DNA of 63,127 nucleotides, filler included, from Basidioascus undulatus (taxonomy: Eukaryota), in NCBI GenBank assembly GCA_000826855.1. It is 5 parts of 5 records of this genome, joined end to end, with 100 filler letters (N's around TTAATTAATTAA, not from the genome) between each part and the next. Parts side by side here need not be neighbours in the genome. Positions count along the whole stretch, not along the records: positions 50,595 to 63,127 come from JTLS01000897.1; 4 more parts are not named here. One strand, given 5' to 3'. The notes below the pieces were generated by a model, which saw only the letters and a program-made list of their open reading frames with translations, was not told the DNA's origin and ran no database searches. Both the position numbers and the translations under genes were made by a program. How positions within the stretch are numbered: the first letter of the stretch is position 1; the number at the start of each line of letters is the position of its first letter. Of this stretch, positions 50,595-63,127 are shown in pieces.

Positions 50595-51522
50595 TATAAA
50601 AAAATAAAAAAGAAAAGAAAAAAAAGAGAAATGCAGGGGAGAAGGGGAGAGGAGCAGACGACCAGGTCAGTATTGCACCCAAAAGTGACCGCCCGCTCGC
50701 CGGAGCAACGAGTACAACGCACCCATCTTCTGTTCAGTCGACCAGCGAACGGCTCGATATCGTCAGTAACGTTGACGATGGCGAACCAAGCGAGGGTCGG
50801 AGGGGCACTGACGAAGCGATTCGAGCGAAGTCCAAGGACGCTGGGAGGAGAGCGACTTTTTGCTGAGGGGAGCCCTGCCTGAATCGCCGAAAGCCATCAA
50901 CGCAAATTTCATTTCGCGAACAGGCCCGATAGCGCCTCTCGTCACTCTCTTCCACTCTTTTCCCTACTTTCCGTTTCGAACGTATCTCACCTCCTCATAA
51001 AAAGCAAAATGTTCTTTATGCATATCAATACATTCTTATTTTTCAGAGCGAAGCGAGATAATACAAAACGTAAGCAGCGAACTGAACACGGCTATACGAC
51101 TGGCAGTCTCCATCTCCGAACTAGACGCATTGACATATCCCTTCAGCATTACCCAGTCTGGGATGGGAATCAGGTTGACGACTTGCGATTAAATGTGAAG
51201 ATGCGGGTCAGAATGCGAGGCTCGCGCCGCGTTCGCAGTCTCATGGCACCCCAACATTAGTCTACTCACCGACAGTGCACACCGTGCATGGCTTGGTGTA
51301 TTTTCACATCTCTCCAGTGAGTAGTAAAACAACAGAGTTAGCATCATAGTACACACGCTGTGGAGCAACGGCCTTGGCGCTCGTTCCGGATAGGCGGGCT
51401 TCCACGCTGCCTGTCGGCAAACTGACATTCCGCTACCTCGTGCAATGCCTGCAATGAACTCGTGAGAGAGTCGCGGGTCTTTAATCATGAAACAGCTTCT
51501 CTACCTCCCAACCAGTCGAAAG

Positions 51523-52470
51523 ATGCCCACCCACCCGCTCTCCCAACTACCGATCTGCCATCCGACTACCCTCCCCCGCTGCCCCCGCTCCCAGCCGACA
51601 TGCGCAAGTTGGTCTTCACGCCTGGGCCAACCATGGAGGCCAAACCATTCGAGGACCGCGTCGCGAACGACAGCCGCCGCCTTCGCGTTGTGGGGCGCAT
51701 GGCGCTGCGGCTCGCTATCAAGCACATCGCGCTCGAGGACTATCCGGCGGTGGGGCGGGGGACAGTACAGGTGCAATACACCCCTCCCCTCTAGTACAGA
51801 GGCCGCTTACTCATCCCTGGTGGACCAGGAGCTCAAGGACTTCATCTGGACCAGCAAGACCCTCCCGGCGCTATCCGAGCTGTACGGCCTGCCAGCCATC
51901 GACTCGCCCCGCGAAGGACGACCCCAATCGAGCGCGGATCCACGGCGACATGCTCCTGGCTTACACGGGGCCAGTCTTCCCCGACTTCGAGACGTTCTCG
52001 CATGGATCACCCCCCTCCTTCGCCCGATCCTCGACTCTCGCCTCTAGCAGGTCCGGACTGCACCTTTGTCGGTGCCGTCGGGCGATTGGACTGCGCTGCT
52101 GAACGAGTACTGCCGTGCCCCCTCTACCCAGCTCACGTCTTGGACCGCTGAATTTATGAACACTTCATTAGAGAAGAACCACATCAAGACCGAATGGTCC
52201 TTCAACAAGTCCGCCGACGGACCGAACAAGCAGCCGGTCGGAGTCGGGTGGCTGCGCATCGGGGAGGACGAGGTGGGCTCGTGCGAAGGGCAGAGCTAGC
52301 CCGAAGTGAAGAATAAGATCTCCGTTGAGGTCTGTGGGAAGCTGGACCTGAGTTTGATGAACAAGAAGAAGGTCTGTCGATTGTCTTTTCCGTATGTCAA
52401 GCGGACGCCGGCTGCTCACTGACCCTCGTGGACGGAATGGCCAGTCCGGTCGGAAGTCCAGCGCGCTTGA
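51523..52470 (+). pseudogene. degenerate RNase III-like + dsRNA-binding-domain gene
   Basis: PPLPPLP..KLVFT, DSRRLRVVGRMALRLAI (position of the ERLEFLGD signature), LSELYGL, WITPLLRP, then dsRBD-like WTALLNEYC / WTAEFMN..EW..G.W..IG..VG..EG. TAG stops at 52045 and 52297. Confidence 0.55.
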
Positions 52471-52564
52471 TGCCTTGTTAGAGTTTCCGGGCTTCCATTT
52501 CTAGCAGGCTCCATGTTACCTTCTTTCCCATCACGTTAGCGGGACCAACGCAAGTCATGGACTT

Positions 52565-54335
52565 TCAAAGCCTCGAACGGCATTCCACCAAGTTCTGGAG
52601 TAGTGCATTATCTTGATTCCTTCCACTGCTCCAAAAGGCCTGGTGTGGCTCGTCGCGCGAGCGTCTGTTACATTCACGAAGCTCGTGCACAAACGTCTCA
52701 GCGTTGGCTGTCCCTACGCGCTTTAGGCTCTTGAAATTCCTCAAAAATTTCATTGAAAAGGTATGCACTGAAGCCGTGCAGCCGGAAGCCGGCCGGTCGC
52801 AGTAATCTGTTCTTGTTCGCCCAAGTCTTCATTGAGATACTCGAAATTGCCTTCAGTCTGCCAAACAATGTCGAGCGAAGCCGACGCATCACCGCCCACA
52901 CTTAGCCACCGCTTCAAAAGTTTGACCAGTAAATAAGGTGACATCGAGCTTACCAAGGTAATCTGGTGATCAACTTCGAAGCGAGCAGTTGTAGCAACAT
53001 CATCAAGGATGAACTTGGGGTTTCCCGCAGCCATGCTGGTTTGAAAGACAGGACCCCCGAAGACTTGAGAGCCAGCGAGGTATACGAGGGTTAGAGCGGA
53101 ATAAGCATAGTGCGATTAACAGACTTCTCCTACCATTCAGAAAAGCAGGACTGACAATAGCAAAAAGGGGTCAGAAATTATCACTCGTCTTCAGCATTCG
53201 TCCGACCAACAGTGCAAAGAGCGGGTCATAACCCCTGTTCTCCTTGAACGCCTCAAGGAATCCAGTGCTCTGAAGCCGAAGCATAGAGAGGAGCACCGTT
53301 AACACTGGGATATTCGTGCAGTATGAGCTTAGGTTCAATTGGCTTTCCCAGAAAATGCTTGAAGGCGACACGAGGAACTCCTGGCTGTCCTCCCAGATGT
53401 ACAAGCTGACTCCCTGCTGCTGCAGCACCTTCAAATAACAAGAAATAGGGGTCAGTGCCAGGAAGAGGAACTTTTAATGAAGGAAATATATGTCACACCT
53501 CCAGAGTACCATTCGCCAGGATGAACTTCTAGACGGCCGAAGTCGATCCCTCTGCACCAACAACCGAGAAGTGGTCGACAGCCCAAGAACCCCATGACCC
53601 GGGCTTGTCCACGACACCGCCATCGAAGCCCTGCGCGGCCTGGAGATGTCCTGTCCCACGCTGGTAGAAGGCAAACAGGACGGTTCGTGTCCCGACGAGG
53701 GGGCTTCGTACAGCACGCTACCGGCGGTGAAGTTGCTCGTCAGGTCGACCATCGACGAGTAGTCGAGAACAGTAGAATCTGGCGGAGTGGACGAGTCTGA
53801 CGCAGGTTCAGCAGAAGGGACGTTGATCTCGGAAAACACTCACAACAGCATATCTGATATGTTGAGTCCGGTTATGACAGCGACGAGGGTGGCGTCATTG
53901 CTCGGGAATATGCTGTCTTCTTTTTCTGAGCCCGCCGTCACCGCCGTAACTGTGGGAGGTGACAATGAGCTAAGATTCTGCGCACATCCTGAAAAGGCAT
54001 AACCGAACTCATATTCCCTCTGGTAGGCGAGAAACTCGAACCCGCCGGTGCCAGAGCTCGCCATCTGTTGGATGTCGAGCTCGACAAACGCCGGACCCAC
54101 GCTGGGAGAGAGAGGTACGGCAGGTCACCGTCAGAAGGGGCTACCAGTGTGGAGCGGCAGAGTATGTAGCAACGGGACAACTTCGCCTCAACGTACTATC
54201 CATCTTGAACGCAATAACGCCATTTTACGACGAACGTCTCTTACGGAAAGTGACATAGTCCCAGTCGGAAGACGCGTGTTCCGACCGCACGAACGCGAGG
54301 ACGGAGGCGGTGAAGGCGAAGAGCGCAAGTTTCAT
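52565..54335 (-). pseudogene. large putative secreted protein, pseudogene
   Basis: Signal-peptide-like MKLALFAFTASVLAFVRS. Collinear ORF blocks are broken by in-frame TGA (53840-53842, 53171-53173) and by frame changes near the 3' end. No family recognised. Confidence 0.5.
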
Positions 54336-55439
54336 TTTTGTAGGTAGCTTGGTCATGGCTCAAGTTGCACAAGGAATGCGCTGTGTGGGGCTTCTCTTTG
54401 AAATGAACCATCCTTCTTAAGGGAAGTGTTCGCCGGCAGTGTGTCGTGTTCGGTGCAATCCTAGTCTCTCTGCCTCGTCCGTTCATACCAGACACTCCAG
54501 GGTGCCAGTGGAGTCAGGCTGCGATGCGAAGCGTTAGGCTACGATTGCACCGACAGCTCTTCGAAGGCGTGGAACGGCGTCGGTGATTTAAGCGAAATGC
54601 ATATCACAAGGTGAGCGGCAGTTGTAGACACAGATCACACGAGACGGTCAGATCTTGGTTGCAGTCCGTACAGACTAAGCAGACGGATGATCATTGCACC
54701 GAGTCTGGCCATACTCTGACATTCTTCGGTGTTTCTTGACGAGACCTGTTAATCAGATATTGACTCGGACTTCTGTGTTATTTGAGTCCGACGAACAGGG
54801 TTTTCAGCGCTCAGTATCGCTCCTGCCTCTTGCAGCGTGCCGCAGCTGTTGCCCTAGAAGTTTTAAGGGTGTGAAGCAGGTTCTGAGAACCTGCGTAACT
54901 TTGCGTGGTAGGTGACCCTCAAATTAGTTGATTGGAGCCAGAAAAGGAGAGCCGCCAGTGTGCGATCGGGCAACTTCCAACTCGCGAAGAACATCCTTGC
55001 GGGAAGCAACCAATATCACCCCACTCTCTCATACACAATTCACTGGATACATGAGTTGCTCATTTATCGCTTCAAACCACGACCCAAAAGAAGTTTCATC
55101 TCGGGCGCAAACAGAAGTAATAGCGAAGAAAAAATGTGTTTGAAGCGTAGCCTGAGCGAGTGAACGAGAAAAAAGAATGATCAGAGTACGACGAGCGAGG
55201 CGGTACACAGCGGCAATACAGATAGAGGCAGGCCGAGCCGGGGAGAGTGGAGGGTGTTCGTAGCGAGCGAAATATAGGAATATCAAGGTTAAGGGGAAAG
55301 GGGAAGGGAAGGACTAAGCGTCAAGTTGGAAGGGGCGGAGGGGCGCATGATATGAAGGGGAAGGAATAGAGGGTTTATAAGGAGGACGAAAAGGCGGAGG
55401 GTACATGGGCGCCGGGTCGCGAGGGTGGCGATCGGACGC

Positions 55440-57463
55440 TCAAGGCGCGGGCGTGCCGGTGCACGCGCCGCCCTGCGTCGTGTCGATGCTGCGCTTGGCG
55501 AGCGCGGTGAACAGCTGGGCCTCGCACGCGGCGTCGCCGGTGCACGTTGCCTTGGCCTTGAGCTCGTCGCAGAGGTTGTCGAGGTCGAAGTCCTGTTACA
55601 TCAAAGAAAGCAGAACGCGGGATCAGAACTTTGCTCAAACCTCCACGCGAGGACAACGCAGAACGCACCTTGACATTCACCATCGCCGGCAGGGGCTTTC
55701 CGATCTCCTTCCAAGCGCGCACGACGACCTGGCCTGTCGTCTCGCCCGTCTCCCTCGCTATAGCGCGGATGAGGCCGGTGATGGCGTTGCGCATCTCCGG
55801 GCCGGAGGCCGCGGGGTCCGAGTGCGGGGGCATGACGATCCCGAGCTCCGCCATCTTTGCGCGCACCTGCGGGCACTTCTTGGCCTCCTCGGGGTCGCAC
55901 AGGACCTGTGCGAGGTCCGCGATGGACGGGGGCGGGCCGAACGTTGCGATCGGGCTCGGCGCCGTGCGCGGCGGGGAAAAGGGCGAGAGCGTCGAGAGCG
56001 CGGGCTGCGGCGTCAGCCCCGTTCCGCCCGAGGGAGGGTAGCCGGTCATGAAGTCGTCGAAGGCGTTGTCGCCGAAGAGGTCAGGGAGGGCGTCGAACGA
56101 GCCAAGCCCGCTGTCGCGGTACGCGCCGAACAGGCTGTTGTTGCTCGGCGACGGGGCGGACGCGCCGGCGACACTGCTGTTCGGCTGGGCAGGCGAGAAG
56201 AGCGGGCTCTCGCCCGCGCTCGAGGGTGCGAAAAGGCTCGGGTCGGACTGCATCGCGGGGCTGTCGGACGCGGACCCCGGCGGAGTGAGCGGCTTCGGCT
56301 GCTGCGGTTGTGGTTGCTCGATGTTTTTGGTGTTGCCGAAGGGGGGCGAGGCTCCGGAGGACCCGGACTGAGGGTGTGGGAAGCTGAAGGTGAAGGCGGA
56401 GTTGCGGAGCGCCATGTTCTCCTGCTGCAAGCGCGAGAGCAGGTCGCGCAGGTTGGCCTGTGAGGTGGTTCAGGAAGGTCAGTTGCTGTCATGACAAGAG
56501 AGAACCAGAAGCACGCACGTTCTCCTCGGCTTGTGCCGCGACTTTCTCTTCAAGCTGGAAATGCAACGACGTCAATAGCGCTCACCCGATCGGTAAAAAC
56601 CTCAGCTAACAACGCACCTCCCGAACATGCTTCTCCTTACGCTCCCTGAACGCCCGCTGTGCAGCGCGGTTCTGCTCCTTGCGTTTCTACGGGGGGCGAA
56701 GCAAGGGCAGAGTGAGCGGGGACGAACGAATGCCCCCCCCACCCCCGCTGAGAACACGACGAGAACGGACCTGCGAGTTCACGTTCTTGCGCTTCGCCGG
56801 CTTGTCCCCATCTGTTGCCGACGGCGGTGACTCTCCAGCTGGACTGGGCGGCTTGGTCCCAGGTGACGAGCGGGCTGGAGAAGCGGCCGGCGCAAGGGTC
56901 AGCTCGCCAGGCCCATGTCATGCCACTGTACACACATATGGGAATGACGACTCACTCGTATGTTGGCTCTTCCCGACCGGCTGCTCATCGACGAGCTCGT
57001 CGTCCCTGTCCACCTTGCGCTTGTCCTCGCGCACCCTCCTGCTGCTCCTGCTCGCGCTCGCGCCGCTGCTGCTTCCCGCGATCGCCGGGCGCTCGCCGCC
57101 GCTGCCACTGCTCCAGTTGGAGTTGCGCCGGGTGCGGGCGCCGTCGCCGCTGCTGCTCTGGCTCGCGGGGCTGGGGGTGTCGTGCGCGGAGAGCGGGGGG
57201 GTCGCGTCGGGCGGTGGAGGCGGGGCGTACTGGGTGAAAGAGGGGAAGGGCTGGCGGGCGAGGTAGGACGGGTCGATGTCGCCGGGGAGGGCGGAGGAGG
57301 GGAAGGTGGTCGTGGTCGGGGTGACTGTGGGGTTGGGGAGGGGCGGCGCCGCGGACTGGGCGATCTGCTTCTCGAGCATGGCGAGGAAGTCCGAGTCGCC
57401 GCCGCCCGGGACGGAGAAGTCCCAGAGGTTGCCGATGGTCGAGGGGAACTCGTATGTCGACAT
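55440..57463 (-). CDS. YAP1: AP-1-like bZIP transcription factor (Yap1/Pap1 family) with C-terminal cysteine-rich domain
   Basis: KRKEQNRAAQRAFRERKEKHVRELEEKV..ENANLRDLLSRLQQEN, FTFSFP; C-terminal DFDLDNLCDELKAKATC. Confidence 0.9.
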
Positions 57464-59480
57464 GGCGGGGTGGGTAGAGGTGGGTGTGGGGGTGTAAAAG
57501 GTGGGGAGATGGTGGAGATGAAGGGAGTGTGGAAGAGTGACGGGGGAAGGAAGGTGGATGTCGGGAGCTGGGCTCGGCCGGTGACTCGTGCGCTCTACGT
57601 CGGTGCGCCGGAGTTCAGAAGGATGCCGTTACAGCTCGCGGGCGTGCGCGTTGCACTGTGCCGTCGTGCGGTCGTGGGTGTGATCCGGTGGACGGGCGTA
57701 TAGAAGGGTCTGGAGGGGCGGACTGAAACGGAGAACCCCGATCCCGGCGGTGAAGCGTGTTTGCGTGGAAGTGGACGCCCGTCGAAGCTACGCCCGTCCG
57801 CGAAGATTTCAATGCACGGCGGATACCGAGACTGCTGGGGATGGCGATCCTGGGGTGCACGATAGCGAGGAGGAGGGCAGGGATGGCGGTGGGAGGCAGG
57901 CTGGTCGGGAGCAAGAGCAAGTGCACGCTCGGTGGGGGCGCTGGGGAGGCCGGTCGAGGCCCGGTATAGAGTTGCTAGTGTTTTGCTAGCAATTCGCCGC
58001 CTTTATTTTCCAAGTGCTGACTGAGCTCTGGGCCCTTGGTTACGGTTCGCCTCACAGTGTCTCTGAATTTCCAGATGCATTTGGCCCAGATTGATCTTCT
58101 TTCGCGTGTTTCTTTGGATAAGGTTGCGGCACATGTGTACACATGTGTCAATTTTTATACATTTCTATTATACACTGACAGCCTGTGGACAGCCAAGCAC
58201 CAGTCGCCATGTGCGTATTAGGGAGTATGCCATTGCGGACGGCCTGGTAACGCTGATAATGGGCTCAAATTGGCATGATATATTGCAGCGTGGTGAAAGC
58301 TTGGTTGACACACCCCGTCGCAACCCGCTTCTTTTTGCTTCCATGTACTGTACAGAATGTCGAGCGTGTGAAGGAACGAGCTCGGCGAAACGGAAAGGGG
58401 AAAGCCTGCGTGCAAGAACGCAGTCGGCCGACTTGCAGCGCTTTCGGAACTGCACGCCCGACGACTTGCAACGGAGAGCTGCTCTCCTTTCGCCTGCACC
58501 GGGGTTTCCATGGAAGACGAAAGCGCAGAGATCACTTGGTTATCACAGACGATAAATGCCTTCATGAGGCTCGAGCTGCGCGATGACCGCGAGTGGAGAT
58601 CGTTGCTCTTGCGCAACAATCGCCACCAACGGGGTCAAAGATGTGCAACGTGCGTGTTGCACTCTTCTTGTTCAACATTGAGTGGGAGCTGCTTAGGTTT
58701 CTTTTCATTAACGCTGTTACCAGGATACCAATAACGTCCCCACCGCACGACGCAGAGCGATGCGATGTTTCCGAGGTCCTGTAATGGCGTAGTCCTGTAT
58801 TGGCGTGGAAAAGGGAAGGTACAGTTGCGTCGGAGTGAACCGGACCTGCTCCGATGGAGAGCCCCCGCCCTCTCCTCGGTTGACACAAGGTTGACAGTTC
58901 ACCCTGCACATCCCCGTCGGGTCCGCCCCTATCCCTCCTCATCTCAACCTGCAGATCCTTTTGTTTTTCTCTCACCACTTCCGCCTGCTTCTGCAGTTTT
59001 CAAGTCTCACACCCTGGATGCAGTCTCTATCATGTCGATCATGGCTGTATACTTTCACCCTCGGCCGTCCTCGATCTCTGTCAGGAGACGCTCACCTTCA
59101 AGTCTGGCAGGCTGCAGGCTCCTCGAGTTCTGCATCCTTCTGCCTCCTTCCCTTATCGTTATCGCTCACCACGTCCCGCCGCCTCCACCGCCAGCCTGTC
59201 CATCACGCCAACCTGGCAACCAGCACAGCCTTTCAGCGTGCTCCTCTCCGCTAACAGATTCATCTTGCAGCAGCCCGCCCCTCCTCTCGTTCCTACGCGT
59301 TTCATGTCCATGATGGCTTTTCAACGTGCAGAGCCCAACTATTGGCGCTCCGAACAGGCAACCGGTCATGCAGATGTTGAAACGGGGGCAGGAGGGCTCG
59401 TCGCTCTCGCTTCGTCCCTCTTCTTGCCTCGCGCACCACTCACCATTCGAGCACACTCGAGCCTCGATACTTCGATCAAA

Positions 59481-60630
59481 ATGGGCCAAACCGCCTCTCA
59501 GCCCTCATCGCCCGCGCAGGGCACGTCTCCCCCTCTCACGACTAACGCAGCTATACCGCCGCGCAAGCGCACGCTATCCACCCCGCTCCTCCGCGGGCGT
59601 CCCTCCCCCCTCAACTTCCCCCTCACTCTTCCCAATCCCATCCGCAACGAATCTCTCCATCTCCGCCCCCATCTGCACTCTCCCGCAAACCCCTCCCTCC
59701 GTTTCAACACAACACCAGCGCCCCACGCGCGCCTCCCTCCGCCGCGGCCTCCCGCCCGCAACCTCCTCCCCCTCCGACCGCATTGCAAAGTGGTGTGCGG
59801 GCGCGCGCCGCTCGCCCTCCGCCCGGCGCGCCTCGTCCTGCTCCCTCGCAGCGAAGCTGGAGCGCTCGCCGCCCTCGCACTCCCCCACGCCGCAATTCCA
59901 AGGCGCGTCCGAGCTCGTCCGCCCGCCTACGAACGGGCCCCTTCCGCCCCCGCCGCGCCGCAGGCGGGACAGCGCGTCGCGTAGGAGGTTCGTGGCGCCC
60001 GTGTACCGCGTACCGATCGTCAACTGGCCGGACTGCCCGAGCACGAGCATCAAGCCCGCCGAGCCTGCGGGTTCTTCCCAAAATCCACAACTCGCCATCT
60101 CCATACCGGAGCCCCTCGCTCTCCCCCCTCCCGCTCTCCCTTCTCCGCTCCCCTCGGGCCAGCCGCGCCGTCCCGAAACCCCAGCTCCCTCCTCCGCCTT
60201 CTCCACCTTCTCCCACACAGGCGCTCCTCCGCTTCCCGCGCTCCCCTGCGGACTCCCCACTCCCGCCGCGACCGACACCTCGCCGTCCGCTTCTAACTCT
60301 GCCAACGCCGACGACGACGCGAACGCATTCCCGGTGGATGGTCCTGCATCGGCAGCAGCGATAATTGTGCGCGCACAGCGGGGCGTCCGCACGCGCGCGC
60401 AGTCCGTCTCGGTCGTCGCGGCTCTGCGGACGGGGAGTGGAAGTGGGGGAAAGGGCTCGGTGGGCCGCGTGGATGAGACTGTGGAAGAGGGAGAGCGGGA
60501 GGTATATGTAAGCGTGGTGAAGACGCACCTGCGCAGGATCACGGTGGATGTGGATGTGCGGCGGAAGGGCGGATTCAAGGAGGACGATATTCGGAGGTGG
60601 CTGGACGGGGTCGTCGAGGCGGAGGAATGA
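59481..60630 (+). CDS. hypothetical Pro/Ser-rich protein with myristoylation-like start; apparent +1 slip in a C-run
   Basis: MGQTAS start is out of frame with the long downstream ORF. Removing one C from 59605-59610 gives RPSPSTSPSLF and a continuous frame ending IRRWLDGVVEAEE*. Confidence 0.45.
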
Positions 60631-61106
60631 ACTTGGCTTCATGTGCACATCGAACGTCTGCAGAGTTGTTGCTTATTGGAGACAAGCTCGAGACATCCGA
60701 GAAAGCACTTGGCTCGCTACTCTGAAGGATTAGAGCTCCCAGAATCGACACAATGGTGTTCCTCGTCTTGTGGGTCTGCGCAAGCTGCGCTGCCTGCGGG
60801 GGAAACGTGGGTCCTCGACTAGTGTTTCTGATTCTCTCTGTGTATATCTTCAAGATTATTGATACTGTTTCATTAGGAGTCGCTGCAGCCGCTTACGCTG
60901 TCTTCCACGGGAGCACGACGCAGGCGAGCAGCCCCGAGGCAGTCCAGTTCTAAAGAGTGCTTCCTTCGCTTCTCGGCATTTGATAGTTGAAATGTGGGGC
61001 ATATTTATCTAAACATACAGACAAGCAGCAGATAAACTTGAGGATCGCAGCAGGCCCCTTCGCGATGCCCTGACATGGCCATGCCTCCTCCGTTCGTCAA
61101 GCCTTC

Positions 61107-62139
61107 TCACGGCAAACAGTTCGCTTTGCAACGCTGCAGACCCACCGTCAGCGGAAGCTTGTCAAGAAGAGAAAACTTGGGGTTGGTAATTGGGGCTCAA
61201 GTACCTCTCTGTGTTTGGGCCAGTCCTCGCGCTGGTGTGCGTCCCAGCAGTACGTCGCCCCCTGCAACCGCGGCAGGTTTGCGTGCAAGGCACGCCACAG
61301 ACCTTGCACCACGGCTGCTCCAAGACTCGGCAGATTGTCTCACAAACGTCCTCGATCAGACTAAAGCCGCGGCCGTCCTGAGAGCATGCAGCGTTCAGAT
61401 GCTCATCGCACATTGCGCGCGGCTCGCCCAAGCGTGCGCGGCGTAGGAACAGACGCGTCAAGTCGTCGGGAGCAGGGGGCGGAAGTAAACGATCGTTGGA
61501 GAACTGGAGCCAGATTTCAGGCTTGGACCTGGTGTCCACAGAGATCATGAACGCAACCAGCTTGCTGTACGAGGCGTGAACATCCAGGTGAGGGTCGGTC
61601 TTGCCGAGGTTCTTAGGCGCACCCCAAATGTTGGCGGTTCGGGAAGGAGTAAGTGGACAGCGCTGTCCGCATCGACTACTACAGCAGAGTTTTGGGGCAT
61701 GCACTCATGTTTCCCCACGTCGACGATTTCCGGAGTGGCTCCAGCGAAGTCTGCCAAGTCGGCAATGGCGGATGTGTATGGTGTCCTCATGGCCCATATA
61801 TTTGAGGAAAATGATCTGAAGTGCATCCTTGGACGCCACGTCGTTTGGAAGCAGTGTTCGAAAGTTGACGAGGAGGGGCTGGCGGCCACGGAACGAAGTA
61901 GGAGCGTGCGCTCGAGAATGCGAATGATAACTCGGTGCTCCCCTGGAGTGAGCCCCTGCGCAAAGGGCTTGTTTATGTGACCTTGACCTTCGAGCACAGC
62001 ACGGGGAGAACAACGTCATCGCGAAGCCCCTCTGCACCGAGAGCCTGAGCTGATTAACTGTGTTGCGGGGGCCCTTCCGCGCTACGATGACCCCCGGGTC
62101 TGTCTCGTGAACAGTTTCGACATGGAGCTGAAGAGGCAT
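61107..62139 (-). pseudogene. MYND zinc-finger protein, multiply frameshifted
   Basis: CKVCG....CRGC then, in another frame, TYCWDAHQREDWPKHRE|RC (zf-MYND). The shift falls in the run at 61258-61262, and more frame changes occur upstream. Confidence 0.7.
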
Positions 62140-63127
62140 GGTGCGAGGTGATTGGTTCAAGGTGAGCTTGAGGGCGGCCGGATCCAGAGTTGACAATGGG
62201 TGATGGTGGTGGTGAATGACGAAAGGCCAGGCAGCACACGCGGGGTTTTGGGTCTCATGCGTCATGCATTCCGCACGCCCTCCGTCGTCGTCGCCTGGGC
62301 TGGGATTTCAGAAAAGGCTCACGTAGCTCCTCAATCTCAGATAATATGAGCCCCAACAAACAGCTACTCCCGCATAAGAGCGGCACTGGTTTGTAATGGG
62401 CAATGAAAACCGTTGCCAAGGGGTTTTCAATGCTTTTTAGAACACAAACTCCTGACATGGTGACTCCGAAGATATCCCCACTGTCTATGATCCCCCGGCT
62501 GTTCTCAACATTGCGTGCGAAGTGAGTCCGTAGTGAAAGCCCTGGACTCACTGCATTGAAAGCCGGGTGGTACTACTTTATCTTTCCTGTCGAAAGAACT
62601 GTTGAGGCCTGATTTTTCACGGTTGATTACCACATCAAAGCAGGCGATCGAAGGTCTTCAGTCAGCTCTATACTAACGGTCGCTTCGGCTAAATTTGGGA
62701 CTGTGCGGGCATTGGATTTCGGAAACTTCCAGAAATATCTCAGTGGACAAGTAGAGAGTAATTACATCAATCGAATGACTAGAATTACTGTACCATTGCG
62801 ATATATCACAACTTGTCACGGTCACACTGGGCGGTTGTGTTGTAAAGGTCATGCGTCACAGGAGGTCAGTTGTAATCGTGAGCTGGAACTTGAGAAAGCA
62901 CTGTGACGAGGTACTGAGGCACTGGCTAACATAGCATACACACTATATGTGCACAAAATGACTTCCAGCCGTTAATACAGCAATATTTTCCATGTCCAAT
63001 GTCAACCTCAGAGCTGACATTGCTGGGTCTCCTGCAGAGCCAGGCAGCCTGCGCAACTTCCCCTCCGCAGCAGCGTCCCACTTATAGTTGTGTCTGTCAC
63101 GGATCTTACTGGACCTGTTGTAAAGTT

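Noticed and set aside
59521..59550. 30-nt GC..ACTAAC..CAG segment as a mini-intron fixing the MGQTAS frame
   Set aside because: Shorter than the other introns here and a multiple of three, so it cannot repair the frame.
62255..63127. Lower-GC contig end with short ORFs
   Set aside because: No recognisable domain or repeat structure; may be degraded repeat DNA but cannot be supported.

Overview
Eukaryotic, GC-rich, very intron-dense fungal DNA. It is most likely a basidiomycete; the GTGCGT-type donors and GCTGAC branch sites suggest Pucciniomycotina (inference). The window is not one locus: five contigs of about 12.5 kb (12560, 12550, 12543, 12541 and 12533 bp, length-sorted) are joined by artificial 100-nt N44-TTAATTAATTAA-N44 linkers. 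Hand splicing gives intact genes for UTP18, a 25-exon Dal5/Tna1-type MFS permease, septin CDC12, RAD5, PPZ phosphatase, PRE8, a cyanamide hydratase-like HD protein, TIM9, eIF6 and a Yap1-like bZIP. It also gives contig-truncated Fab1-like kinase and PTC6-like PP2C genes, tRNA-Ser(CGA) with a 10-nt intron and tRNA-Glu(CTC). Three things stand out. (1) Extreme micro-exons: an apparent single-nucleotide exon in RAD5 (T at 29693), a 3-nt exon in CDC12, and 8-nt exons carrying catalytic residues. (2) A 2.6-kb almost CpG-free island of nested short-repeat arrays (probably methylated, deaminated non-autonomous DNA transposons) whose CpG loss fades into a neighbouring dead F-box gene. (3) About nine disrupted accessory genes beside fully intact core genes. 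All gene models were read by eye, and no database searches were run.
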